The notes below the pieces were generated by a model, which did no database searches, was not told the origin of the DNA, and was given only the letters and a program-made list of their open reading frames with translations. Position numbers and translations under genes: made by a program. A stretch of 47,450 nucleotides of DNA from Cytophagales bacterium (GTDB lineage Bacteria; Bacteroidota; Bacteroidia; Cytophagales; UBA9547): assembly GCA_046152935.1 (NCBI GenBank), contig JBJXGB010000133.1:1-47450 (forward strand). Direction: 5' to 3'. Of this stretch, positions 18,296 to 27,772 are shown piece after piece. How positions within the stretch are numbered: the first letter of the stretch is position 1; every line of letters starts with the position of its first letter.

Positions 18296-18745
18296 CTAAC
18301 CAATAATCTGGGCAGTATGCTCTTTAGTATCTACTTTATCGATCACTTTTGAGATCATACCTTTTTCATCGATCAAAAAAGTAGTGCGGGCAGTGCCCAT
18401 ATATTTCTTACCATACATTGATTTTTCGACCCAAACTCCGTAGTCGTTCACCACTTTTTGATCTGTATCTGCAATCAGGGGAAACGGCAATGTATATTTT
18501 TCAATAAATTTCAAATGTGCTTTTTCAGAATCTATACTCACCCCTATTATTTCGTAGCCTTTTGCTTTCAATTCACCATAATTATCTCTCAAATTGCAAG
18601 CCTGTGCAGTGCAGCCAGGCGTGTCATCTTTTGGGTAGAAATATAGGGCTACTTTTTTACCTTCAAAATCCGATAATTTGATTGGATTGCCATTTTGGTC
18701 TTTGCTGTTGATTTCTGGGGCTTTCTCGCCTATTTTTAATGACAT
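18296..18745 (-). CDS. bcp: thioredoxin-dependent thiol peroxidase (PrxQ)
   Basis: YFYPKDDTPGCTAQAC motif; FPLIAD; ARTTFLIDE. Confidence 0.95.
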   Translation of the reverse strand: MSLKIGEKAPEINSKDQNGNPIKLSDFEGKKVALYFYPKDDTPGCTAQACNLRDNYGELKAKGYEIIGVSIDSEKAHLKFIEKYTLPFPLIADTDQKVVNDYGVWVEKSMYGKKYMGTARTTFLIDEKGMISKVIDKVDTKEHTAQIIG

Positions 18746-18824
18746 AGTGGTATTTTGTTTAGCTAATTAATAATTACAAGTTTTAAAAAATAAATGTTTC
18801 AAGGCAAATATTTATCAACGTTTT

Positions 18825-20600
18825 CTATTTGACTGCAATATGCAATTCGTTCAATTGTTTTTGGTCGATATTCGAAGGCGAATCGATCATGGTGTCTCTT
18901 CCCGCATTGTTTTTGGGGAATGCAATAAAATCTCTGATCGAATCTACACCTCCAAACAAAGAACAAAGCCTATCAAAACCGAAAGCGATTCCACCATGTG
19001 GCGGTGCTCCATATTCAAAGGCGTCCATCAAGAAACCAAATTGCTTTTTGGCTTCTTCATCAGAAAAGCCCAAAACACCAAACATTTTAGCTTGCAACTC
19101 GCGCTGGAAAATTCGAATAGAACCACCTCCAACTTCTACGCCATTTATTACCATGTCGTAAGCATTGGCTCTTACTGCGCCCAAGTTTGTTTCCAAAAGA
19201 GCAATATCTTCTGGTTTAGGAGAAGTAAAAGGATGATGCATGGCAAACCAACGGTTTTCTTCTTCGCCATATTCCAATAAAGGAAAATCCAACACCCACA
19301 AGCACGAATAGTTATCTTTATCTCTCAAGCCCAATCGAGTACCCATTTCCAAACGCAATTCGCTCAATTGCTTACGGGCTTTGGTATCGTCTCCACTTAA
19401 AATAAGTATTAAATCGCCTTTTTCGGCTTTAAATACATCTGCCCATTGTTTCAAATCGTCAGGGCTATAAAACTTATCAACCGAAGATTTGAGGCTTCCA
19501 TCTTCTTCGTATTTCACATAAATGAGCCCTTTAGCACCAATTTGAGGCCTTTTAAGCCATTCTGTGAGCTCGTCAATCTGTTTGCGGGTATAATTGGCAC
19601 AGCCTTTTGCACATATTCCGACTACCGTTTCTGCTCCGTCAAACACTTGAAATCCCTTGCCAGAAGTAATATCGACAGCAGCTTGGCCAATGCTTGCTGG
19701 CGCTTTAAGTTCGCCAAATTTCATATCGAAACGTGTATCTGGCTTATCTGAACCATAGTATTTCATGGCGTCTGCGTACGTCATGCGTGGCAAAGCAGCC
19801 AGCTCAATGCCTTTTACATGGTGAAATAAGTATTTTACTAAACCTTCAAAAGTTTGCAAAATATCTTCTTGGGTAATGAACGACATTTCGCAATCGATTT
19901 GAGTAAATTCTGGCTGTCTGTCGGCTCTCAAATCTTCATCTCTAAAGCACTTTACAATTTGAAAATAACGATCGAAACCCGATACCATTAGCAATTGCTT
20001 GAATGTTTGAGGAGATTGGGGCAACGCGTAAAACTCGCCTGCATTCATTCTCGAAGGTACTACAAAATCTCTGGCACCTTCTGGTGTCGATTTGATTAAG
20101 ACAGGCGTTTCAACTTCCAAAAAACCCTGCGTATCCATGTATTTACGGATTTCTTGAGCCATTCTGTGGCGTAATTCAAGGTTTTTTCGCACTGGAGCTC
20201 TACGCAAATCGAGGTAACGGTATTTCATACGCAAATCTTCGCCTCCATCGGTATTGTCTTCAATGGTAAATGGTGGAAGTTTGGCAGCATTTAATATTTC
20301 AAGGGCAGAAATATATACTTCTACATCGCCTGTGGCTATTTTGTCGTTTTTAGATTGGCGTTCGTGTACCACGCCAGTGGCTGAAATCACAAATTCACGA
20401 CCCAAACTGCGAGCCATTTCAATGATTTTCTTGTCAGTATTGGCTTCTTCAATAAAAAGCTGGGTGATGCCGTAGCGATCTCTGATATCGATCCAGATCA
20501 AAGCACCTTTGTCTCTGATGGTTTGTACCCAACCACAAAGTGTTACCGTCTCGCCTATATTTTTGTTTCTTAATTCTCCGTTGGTGTGGGTTCTGAGCAT
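18825..20600 (-). CDS. aspS: aspartate--tRNA ligase
   Basis: [49 protein letters not shown] and PPHGGIAFG motifs. Confidence 0.98.
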   Translation of the reverse strand: MLRTHTNGELRNKNIGETVTLCGWVQTIRDKGALIWIDIRDRYGITQLFIEEANTDKKIIEMARSLGREFVISATGVVHERQSKNDKIATGDVEVYISALEILNAAKLPPFTIEDNTDGGEDLRMKYRYLDLRRAPVRKNLELRHRMAQEIRKYMDTQGFLEVETPVLIKSTPEGARDFVVPSRMNAGEFYALPQSPQTFKQLLMVSGFDRYFQIVKCFRDEDLRADRQPEFTQIDCEMSFITQEDILQTFEGLVKYLFHHVKGIELAALPRMTYADAMKYYGSDKPDTRFDMKFGELKAPASIGQAAVDITSGKGFQVFDGAETVVGICAKGCANYTRKQIDELTEWLKRPQIGAKGLIYVKYEEDGSLKSSVDKFYSPDDLKQWADVFKAEKGDLILILSGDDTKARKQLSELRLEMGTRLGLRDKDNYSCLWVLDFPLLEYGEEENRWFAMHHPFTSPKPEDIALLETNLGAVRANAYDMVINGVEVGGGSIRIFQRELQAKMFGVLGFSDEEAKKQFGFLMDAFEYGAPPHGGIAFGFDRLCSLFGGVDSIRDFIAFPKNNAGRDTMIDSPSNIDQKQLNELHIAVK

Positions 20601-20661
20601 AATTTGATAAAATTCTGTTGATAAATGGGAACTACAAATACAGTTTTACGACTGCTAATAT

Positions 20662-21210
20662 CTATTTTATCCATGGATAGCTTTTAATGGCTTGGTTTTT
20701 AGTCATTACGACATAAGATTGGATTCCAAAAAGTTTTCCATACGGTTTAAAATAGGTTTTGTATGCAGAATGAACAGTTGAAATGTATGAAGTATCAGTA
20801 TCAATCCAATTAATAATCGAAAGTAACTTGATTTTGGTAGTATTTGTAACTTTGAAAGGGGCACAATTTTGTATGTTGACTGAGTAGGGCTTGTTTAAAA
20901 TAATTGACAAAAACATGCAAACGCTATCTAAAGATTTTTTAAATAACACTTCGATTCTGCTTTTAGAAATATTTTTTTTTAACTTACTAATATCTTCTGA
21001 AGAATAGCTGGGGTCCTTTTCTTCCGAGAGAATTCCATTACCCCAATCTTTTAATTCGATTACATATAAAATATCATTCTTCACATCGTACCAACAAACA
21101 TCCATTTCTTTGAAATTTTCTTGAATATTGGTATATCCTTGGCAATCCTGAAATCTAAAAAAATTGCTATCAGGAAAATTAAGAGTTATTCCACTTTCTT
21201 CGATTGACAT
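20662..21210 (-). CDS. hypothetical protein with a PD-(D/E)xK-like motif
   Basis: 182 aa; EMDVCWYD...YVIELKD fits D-Xn-E-x-K; 6 nt downstream of the ATPase gene. Confidence 0.7.
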   Translation of the reverse strand: MSIEESGITLNFPDSNFFRFQDCQGYTNIQENFKEMDVCWYDVKNDILYVIELKDWGNGILSEEKDPSYSSEDISKLKKNISKSRIEVLFKKSLDSVCMFLSIILNKPYSVNIQNCAPFKVTNTTKIKLLSIINWIDTDTSYISTVHSAYKTYFKPYGKLFGIQSYVVMTKNQAIKSYPWIK

Positions 21211-21216
21211 TCTTCT

Positions 21217-22293
21217 TTAGGCGTTTAGGTCTATATTAATTTCTTCATCAAACATTTTTGTTGCTTCTTCAATAATCGAATTTTGAGGAAGCACTCCATC
21301 CTGCAAGTTATGGAAACTGCTTGAAATTGGTTGACCAAATTCTCTTTGCAAATTCCAACACATCGTGTTGAGCTTATCTCTATTAGAACACAAGGCTAAC
21401 TGCTTAATTACAAAATAACTATGAGTTGCCATAAAAATTTGAACACCCGCTTTGGACATCGCAACTAACATCTCTACAAGCTTTCTGATTGCATCAGGAT
21501 GCAAAGCTGTTTCTGGTTCGTCCATAAATAATATTGTGCCCTTTCCAATTTGTCTATTGGTGATAAGTGTAGTCAATATACCAATTTTTTTTATTCCTTC
21601 AGAGGTTTGTTGCATTGCAAATTGTTGGTTTCCCTTTTTAAAAATAAAAGGTTGATCGCTTTGCCCTGTTTGTTCTATTTTACCTTCAAAAAGCTCTTCT
21701 AAGGACTTATTTACTTCACTCAATTCTACCGCTACTCTACCTTTAGTGGTTGGTAGGTCGAGCGATTTAATAAGATCTAAATAAGTATCATCAAACCCAA
21801 CACTGTAATATTTGTCTCTTAGATTTCTAATGTCAGAGAATGCTGTCAAAACTTCTTTGGCTGGAACAAAAAGTGCATTAATGGCATTAGAAGGAATTGA
21901 TTCAACATGTTCGCTACAACTGGTAATGTTCTTTTCCGTTCTATCTCCAAAAGAGTACACTACTTGTTGCTTGTATCTATTATTGTCCCCGTTAAATGTA
22001 ACATCTACCTCTAGTCGCTCTTTACTTCCTTTTTGAACTAAATCTCCCAAGCCATTTTTTCGAGGCATGAAAGTGTCTAAAAGCTTTTCTGAAAGTTCTT
22101 TTTTATAAGTTGTTTCTGATGTGTTTATTTTTAAGCTATATATTTCGAGAGATTTTACTGTTGAATACAAAAGCTTGAGCAATCCAGTTTTACCGCTGTC
22201 ATTTTTCCCTATTATCACGTTGATTTCAGGAATATTTTTAAGACTCAAATAAGAGTGAGCCATAAAATTCTTTATAGATATTGATTTTATCAT
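21217..22293 (-). CDS. ABC-type (AAA_15/AAA_21-like) ATPase without membrane domains
   Basis: Walker A GKNDSGKT; signature-like SEGIKK; Walker B/D-loop LFMDEPETALHP; H-loop MATHS. Confidence 0.9.
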   Translation of the reverse strand: MIKSISIKNFMAHSYLSLKNIPEINVIIGKNDSGKTGLLKLLYSTVKSLEIYSLKINTSETTYKKELSEKLLDTFMPRKNGLGDLVQKGSKERLEVDVTFNGDNNRYKQQVVYSFGDRTEKNITSCSEHVESIPSNAINALFVPAKEVLTAFSDIRNLRDKYYSVGFDDTYLDLIKSLDLPTTKGRVAVELSEVNKSLEELFEGKIEQTGQSDQPFIFKKGNQQFAMQQTSEGIKKIGILTTLITNRQIGKGTILFMDEPETALHPDAIRKLVEMLVAMSKAGVQIFMATHSYFVIKQLALCSNRDKLNTMCWNLQREFGQPISSSFHNLQDGVLPQNSIIEEATKMFDEEINIDLNA

Positions 22294-22327
22294 TTCCTCG
22301 TGGTTAACCTTTATTTTGGTGAGTCTA

Positions 22328-22335
22328 CAAATTTA
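22328..22335 (-). promoter_or_regulatory. -7 promoter element (TAAATTTG) for the ATPase-nuclease pair
   Basis: Reverse complement of CAAATTTA, about 35 nt before the ATG at 22293. Confidence 0.5.
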
Positions 22336-22506
22336 AGGATATTGTTTTACTGCATTGATAGACAGTTAGTGAACTTAGCTTCTAGTACATGTATGTTCAA
22401 CAAAGATGACCGACAGCCTGCGAAAATACTAAATTGATGTTTGAAAGCCATTAATTTTGCGAAAATTCAAAAAAAACAACTGCCTGAAGCGATAAAAATT
22501 AAGATT

Positions 22507-23787
22507 CTATTTCAAATTGCCAGTGTCGTAGAGCAATTCGATGTAGCTTTTAAGATAATTGTAGTACGTTTCGTCAAATTCTTTTTCCGTATCAAACCAA
22601 TATTCTTTGGCGTACAAATAATCTACAAGACCTGTTTTGCCCGAGAGGTACGAATTTCTGATATTACTCAGTATGTCGTTAGACTTGGCTTTGATGCTCG
22701 CAAAGCGAACCACATTTTCTCTGTAAGTAATGTAGTCTTGCATTGAATGCCTTACAACAAAACTAATCTTGTTTTTGGTTGCTTCGATGGCTTCGGTAGT
22801 TCGGTCCATATTCATAATCGATTTTGATATTTCGCCTTGATTTCTATCAAAAACAGGAATTAGTACTTGAATATACCACCCAATATATGGCTGCGTGTTC
22901 TGCGGATTGAAAATAGGCCCTGCTTCTATATTGGGAATTGCCATTTTTCGACTGAGTGCCAATGCAGATTTCTCTAGCTCTTTTTTATTTTCAGCAATCA
23001 CGATATTGGGATGTACTTTCAAAGCATTTTCCAAGAGGTTGGCTTCATCCATTATCAGATTTTGAAAGAAATTGTCTGTTTCATTATCGATCGCCAAATT
23101 TTCTTTTTCGCCAATCATGTAGCTGAGCTTGAGCAACTCTGTTCTAAGTTTTTGCGCAGCACTGTAAAGCATATTTGTATGTCTTTCCGATAATATTTCG
23201 GACCGTTCGAGATCGTTTTTACTGATTTCGGCCGTCTTGAACCTCTGTTGATTCGTGACCAACAACGAGTCGGAATTGGCTTTTGCCAATTTCAAATTTT
23301 CGTACGCTTCGTTGGCATACCATGCTTCTAGCCACTGGTATGCAGTCATTAACAGCAGTTGTGAAATTTCAAAATTGGCATTTTCAACTGCGTATTTATA
23401 ATCTTGGGTTTGATAAGCGATTTTGGCTTTTCTTTTTCCCAAAATCTGAAATTGCTTGGTGGCTTGCAGCCAACTTTGCACATTATGAGAGCCGTAAATA
23501 AAAGATGGCAATGCTCTAGAGGTGGGCAAATCTGGCAATTGACTGTTGAAAAAAGGGTCTGCGAGCAATAAAGACTGGTCATTTAACAGAATATTAGGCC
23601 TCAAACCTGCCGTTTTGATGTCGTATTTCTCTGCTTCGGCTGTCATTTGCAACACTTTTACCATCGGGTGGTGAGTGCGAGCCAGATCGATCGCATTTTT
23701 TAGGCTTATTTTCTTTTGAGCAAGGCAATTTTGTACCGTTGTAAAAAGCAAAGAAATCGTAAAAATCAGAAAAATTCTTTTTGCCAA
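22507..23787 (-). CDS. TolC-family outer-membrane efflux protein (CzcC-like)
   Basis: Signal peptide; ISLKNAIDLARTHHP; two helical repeats; PVFDRNQGEI; Y.SGKTGLVDYL. Confidence 0.85.
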   Translation of the reverse strand: MAKRIFLIFTISLLFTTVQNCLAQKKISLKNAIDLARTHHPMVKVLQMTAEAEKYDIKTAGLRPNILLNDQSLLLADPFFNSQLPDLPTSRALPSFIYGSHNVQSWLQATKQFQILGKRKAKIAYQTQDYKYAVENANFEISQLLLMTAYQWLEAWYANEAYENLKLAKANSDSLLVTNQQRFKTAEISKNDLERSEILSERHTNMLYSAAQKLRTELLKLSYMIGEKENLAIDNETDNFFQNLIMDEANLLENALKVHPNIVIAENKKELEKSALALSRKMAIPNIEAGPIFNPQNTQPYIGWYIQVLIPVFDRNQGEISKSIMNMDRTTEAIEATKNKISFVVRHSMQDYITYRENVVRFASIKAKSNDILSNIRNSYLSGKTGLVDYLYAKEYWFDTEKEFDETYYNYLKSYIELLYDTGNLK

Positions 23788-23885
23788 AATGGGTTTTAAA
23801 ATTGGTTTAGAAAGCTTTCAAAATTTAGGATGCAATATTTTTGCGAAAGTTACTAATTTCTAAGAATTACCTTAAATACTTTAGC

Positions 23886-24965
23886 TTAATTAATACCATT
23901 AGCTACATTGAGGAGTTCATATTGTTGCAAAGCACTTATTAATATTTCATTTTCCTCCTTTGTTCCGACCGTAATGCGCAGACATTCTTCAATTTGACTC
24001 ACAGTCGAGCGATTCCTAACAATTACTTTTTGAGTAATCAGATAGTCGTAAATTTTATTGCCATTATTTGTTTTTACCAACATAAAATTGGCGTCTGTTG
24101 GGTATATTTTTGTTACAATTGGAAGTTTTTCGAGTTCTTTTTTAAGTAATTCTCTTTCAATGAGAATATTTGCCACGTATTCATTCTTCTTTATTTCATT
24201 ACCCAAAGCCTCTAAAACCATTTTTTGGCTCACACCGTTTATATTGTACGGTGGCTTTACTTTATTCATTATTTTTATGATTTCGGTGGATGCAAAAGCC
24301 ATTCCCAACCGCAAATTTGCCAATCCCCAAGCTTTAGAAAAGGTCTGCATGATTACCAAATTTGGATAATCGAGTAAAAATGGGAGCAAGCTCTTTTCAT
24401 CTGCAAAGTCGATATACGCTTCATCCAGTGCCACTATTCCACTGAATGTTTCGATAATTTTTACAATATCGGCTGTTTTTAGATGATTGCCAGTCGGATT
24501 GTTGGGCGAACACAGAATTATCATTTTGGTGTTTTCATCAACAAAAGCAAGTATTCTATCAACTTCAATATCGAAATCGGCATTTAGAGGCACTTTTTTC
24601 AATTTTACATCATTGATATTGGCACTTACCTCATACATGCCATAAGTAGGTGGTGTAATGATTGCATTATCTAGACTTGGCCTGCAAAAACTTCTGTACA
24701 ATATATCAATGGCTTCATCGCTGCCGTTTCCTATAAAAATATTTTCGGCAGGTATTTTTTTAATTTTCGACAAGGCAAGTTTTACTTCCCATTGCATGGG
24801 GTCGGGATAGCGATTGTGCAAATCGGCTGTGGCAGAGCCGAAAGCATTTTCGTTGGCATCTAAAAATGTGCCTTCAGTGCCTTTGTATTCATCGCGGGCG
24901 GCTGTATAGGGCTTTAAAACTTTGATGTTTTCTCTTAAAATGCTATTCAAATCAAACATACCCAT
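23886..24965 (-). CDS. hisC: histidinol-phosphate aminotransferase
   Basis: FLDANEN, NRYPD, GNGSDEAID, CSPNNPTG, DEAY, TFSKAWGLA and LRITVG motifs. Confidence 0.95.
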   Translation of the reverse strand: MGMFDLNSILRENIKVLKPYTAARDEYKGTEGTFLDANENAFGSATADLHNRYPDPMQWEVKLALSKIKKIPAENIFIGNGSDEAIDILYRSFCRPSLDNAIITPPTYGMYEVSANINDVKLKKVPLNADFDIEVDRILAFVDENTKMIILCSPNNPTGNHLKTADIVKIIETFSGIVALDEAYIDFADEKSLLPFLLDYPNLVIMQTFSKAWGLANLRLGMAFASTEIIKIMNKVKPPYNINGVSQKMVLEALGNEIKKNEYVANILIERELLKKELEKLPIVTKIYPTDANFMLVKTNNGNKIYDYLITQKVIVRNRSTVSQIEECLRITVGTKEENEILISALQQYELLNVANGIN

Positions 24966-25144
24966 CGTATTTTCTTTATTTCTGAAAGCAAAACTAGTAT
25001 TTATTGAAGTGAATAAAAAGAGTAATATATTTTTTACAAACCGTTTTCACACTTCCAGTGGTGGAAATTAAAAGCAGCAAGTGATGTTTCAAAAGCTGGG
25101 CTCATTTCGTAATCGAAATCAATCTTAAAAACAAGGCTTCAATA

Positions 25145-25202
25145 CTGACATATATCAGTTTCACAAATGATGGCCATCATAAAAACCAATGATACTATTA
25201 AC
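25145..25202. promoter_or_regulatory. three FNR/CRP-like boxes at 22-bp intervals (25145, 25167, 25189)
   Basis: CTGAC-ATAT-ATCAG, ATGAT-GGCC-ATCAT (perfect palindrome) and ATGAT-ACTA-TTAAC (half site); TGA-N6-TCA core as in TTGAT-N4-ATCAA. Confidence 0.6.
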
Positions 25203-25203
25203 C

Positions 25204-25211
25204 TATATTTG
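25204..25211 (+). promoter_or_regulatory. -7 promoter element (TATATTTG) of the Crp/Fnr gene
   Basis: TAnnTTTG match 23 nt before the ATG. Confidence 0.55.
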
Positions 25212-25234
25212 TATCATTAAACGACCAGCTTAAA

Positions 25235-25936
25235 ATGAAAGGAACATTTCCCGAATGCGCTTCTTGCCATTGCAGAAAAGAATCGCTTTTCAATGGTTGT
25301 GCAATGGAAGAATTAGAAGAAATATCGACAAACAAAAGTTGCAATGTTTATAAAAAAGGCCAAGTAATTTTCCACGAAGGCAACCGTCCACATGGGGTTT
25401 TTTGTGTGAATGAAGGGAAAATAAAAATAAGTCGGTTTACCAGTGATGGCAAAGAACAAATTGTACGATTAGCCAAAGAAGGAGATGTGCTTGGCTATCG
25501 AGCACTAATTGAAGGCAATAAATATTCGGCATCTGCCATCGCACTTGACGACAGCAAGATATGTTTTCTTTCCAGCGATGATTTTAATAAAATAGTAGAT
25601 AACAACATGAAAGTGGCGCATGATTTACTAAAATTAGTAGCTAAAGCACTTGGTGATGCAGAACAAAAAATGACTAATTTGGCACTAAAGCCGGTGCGAG
25701 AACGATTGGCCGAGGCGTTGCTGCTACTAAAAAAAACATATCACAAAGCACAAGAAAAGCAATTTTCGATAGCCATTTCACGCGATGACCTTGCAGCCAT
25801 TGTAGGCACAGCAAAAGAAACCGTAATCAGAGCCCTTTCTGAAATGAAAGACGAAAACATCATTTCGTCTCAAGGAAGTACCATCACCATACTAGACGAA
25901 AATAAACTATTCAAAATCACCCAACTCTACGATTGA
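25235..25936 (+). CDS. Crp/Fnr-family transcriptional regulator with an N-terminal Cys cluster
   Basis: CASCHC-x8-C; cNMP fold (GQVIFHEG..GKIKI..GDVLG); HTH ISRDDLAAIVGTAKETVIRALSE. Confidence 0.93.
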   Translation: MKGTFPECASCHCRKESLFNGCAMEELEEISTNKSCNVYKKGQVIFHEGNRPHGVFCVNEGKIKISRFTSDGKEQIVRLAKEGDVLGYRALIEGNKYSASAIALDDSKICFLSSDDFNKIVDNNMKVAHDLLKLVAKALGDAEQKMTNLALKPVRERLAEALLLLKKTYHKAQEKQFSIAISRDDLAAIVGTAKETVIRALSEMKDENIISSQGSTITILDENKLFKITQLYD

Positions 25937-25948
25937 CAATTTTGAATA

Positions 25949-25984
25949 GTGACTAAAATCATTTTCATCAAAAACCTTTATCAT
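25949..25984. promoter_or_regulatory. FNR-like box GTGAC-TAAA-ATCAT plus a half site 22 bp downstream
   Basis: TGA-N6-TCA at 25949-25962; ATCAT half site at 25980-25984 in the same 22-bp phase as the upstream array. Confidence 0.45.
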
Positions 25985-26075
25985 TTATTTGCAACGACCT
26001 ATTGGCGAGTTTTGTAACGAAATAAAAAAATGAATTTGAACGGACTTTCCCTCAAAATTCAACATTTATTAAGTA

Positions 26076-26438
26076 ATGATAAACGGAATTGACATTGTAG
26101 AACAAGAACTTTTGACTGTAAGCTTGCCTATCGAACTCTGTGAGGGCGAATATTTATTCCATCAAAATGATATTCCTGAAAGCATCTATTTTATACTCAA
26201 AGGTGAGGTGCTAGCTGTGTATGCCGATGGAAGCAAAAAATTGATTTCGTGTAAAGAGCTACATGGAATTAGAGATATAATTATAGGCGAACCTTATATT
26301 TATTCTGCGATGGCTATAAACGATGTGAAGCTCAAAATAATGGATAAGAACCTGATAATGCCGATTTTAAACAAAAACCGAATGACGATAATAAAAAATG
26401 CATTTTCATTCCCTTCGTTTGGTTTTTGGTACGAATAA
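26076..26438 (+). CDS. stand-alone cyclic-nucleotide-binding domain protein (no HTH)
   Basis: GEYLFHQND..IYFILKGEV..YSAMAI pattern; 120 aa. Confidence 0.7.
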   Translation: MINGIDIVEQELLTVSLPIELCEGEYLFHQNDIPESIYFILKGEVLAVYADGSKKLISCKELHGIRDIIIGEPYIYSAMAINDVKLKIMDKNLIMPILNKNRMTIIKNAFSFPSFGFWYE

Positions 26439-26611
26439 AGGAAAATACAGGATTGAGAATAGTGCTAGAAGTTAAGAACATACAGTAATCAGAAGTTCCA
26501 TTCCACCTCAGATTTTTAGTAGAAGGGCAGAAGGAAACACTTCGCTTCAAAAAAAAGCATCTTTGATTTAATAAAGTAAAATAAATTGTACAACGTTAAA
26601 CAAACAAAACA

Positions 26612-27472
26612 ATGAAAAAGATAATAGTTCCCATCGATTTTTCAGACTGTTCGCTCAATGCAGTTCGTTATGCCATTACTTTTGCAAGGCTGATTAATGC
26701 AGAATTGATGGTGTTGTATGTGCATGTGCCTGAAGTAACAATTAGCACTACGCCTGTGTGGCAGCCTTACTTTGATATTATGCCTTTACCTATCATGGTG
26801 CATGAGCAAATGAAAGAGGTGGAAAAAATAATCAAACAACACGGCATAAAGGTTAAAACCTTCATACAAGAAGGTGCTTTGACTGATGTGATTACTCAAA
26901 TTGCCAAGAGCAAACACGCAGATTTAGTAATAATGGGTACACAGGGCGTCAATTTTAGCTACAATTCTATTTGGGGTTCTAACACTTCAGATTTAATTGA
27001 AGAGAGAAATATTCCTGTGCTGGTAATTCCTGAAAACTACAACGGAGAATTACAAAGTGGCGCTGAAATAGTGTTTGCTACCGATTTCAAAAGCACCGAT
27101 TTTATTCCCGATTATTTTATCGAATTATCTAAAAATATCAATGCAATAGTGAATGTTTTTTACGTAACAGAACCCTACAGAGACGAAGAAGCGTTGGCTT
27201 ACGAGAAAAACGAATTTGAGTTTGTAGAATCGCTTTTTGAAGGCACAAAAGTAATGCTCCACCATTCTTATAAAGAAAACTTAATTCATGCAGTTGAAGA
27301 ATTTGCCTCCAAAAAACATGCTTCAATGATACTTATGATTGGACACCAAAGAGGATTTTTGGGCAATTTGCTTCATAGCAGTGTGACCAAAAGAATGGCT
27401 CTGCATACCCGAGTGCCATTCTTTGCCATACCAGACGAAAAGGTTGAAATGAACAAAACCTATTCTTGGTAA
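26612..27472 (+). CDS. universal stress protein (tandem USP domains)
   Basis: IIVPIDFS, DLVIMGTQG, WGSNT, IPVLVIP, IVFATDF and LLHSSVTKRMA motifs. Confidence 0.92.
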   Translation: MKKIIVPIDFSDCSLNAVRYAITFARLINAELMVLYVHVPEVTISTTPVWQPYFDIMPLPIMVHEQMKEVEKIIKQHGIKVKTFIQEGALTDVITQIAKSKHADLVIMGTQGVNFSYNSIWGSNTSDLIEERNIPVLVIPENYNGELQSGAEIVFATDFKSTDFIPDYFIELSKNINAIVNVFYVTEPYRDEEALAYEKNEFEFVESLFEGTKVMLHHSYKENLIHAVEEFASKKHASMILMIGHQRGFLGNLLHSSVTKRMALHTRVPFFAIPDEKVEMNKTYSW

Positions 27473-27772
27473 AAATATTTTAGAAAAGTACAGATGCCTT
27501 CATAGATCGATGACAGACTTTTTTGTGCCTTGATTTTACTGAGATACAGTAGTAAAAAATATTAAACCTAAAAATGATGCTAGTGGCACTATTATAGTAC
27601 TATCTTAATCGATTTCTGATGCCAATTTAAAACAAATTGACAAAGGCGATTTACACCCCAAATGAGGAATCAATATTACTTTAGAAATGATGAAACAAAA
27701 ATGCTCTAGTTGAGCCTTTGGTCTTGAAGTATAAATTTTGATATTATTACAAACGAAATTTTAAATATTCCT

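Noticed and set aside
21217-22293. Assignment to a transporter, or to Septu/PARIS/AbiL
   Set aside because: No permease partner; the downstream gene lacks visible HNH or TOPRIM/RloB motifs
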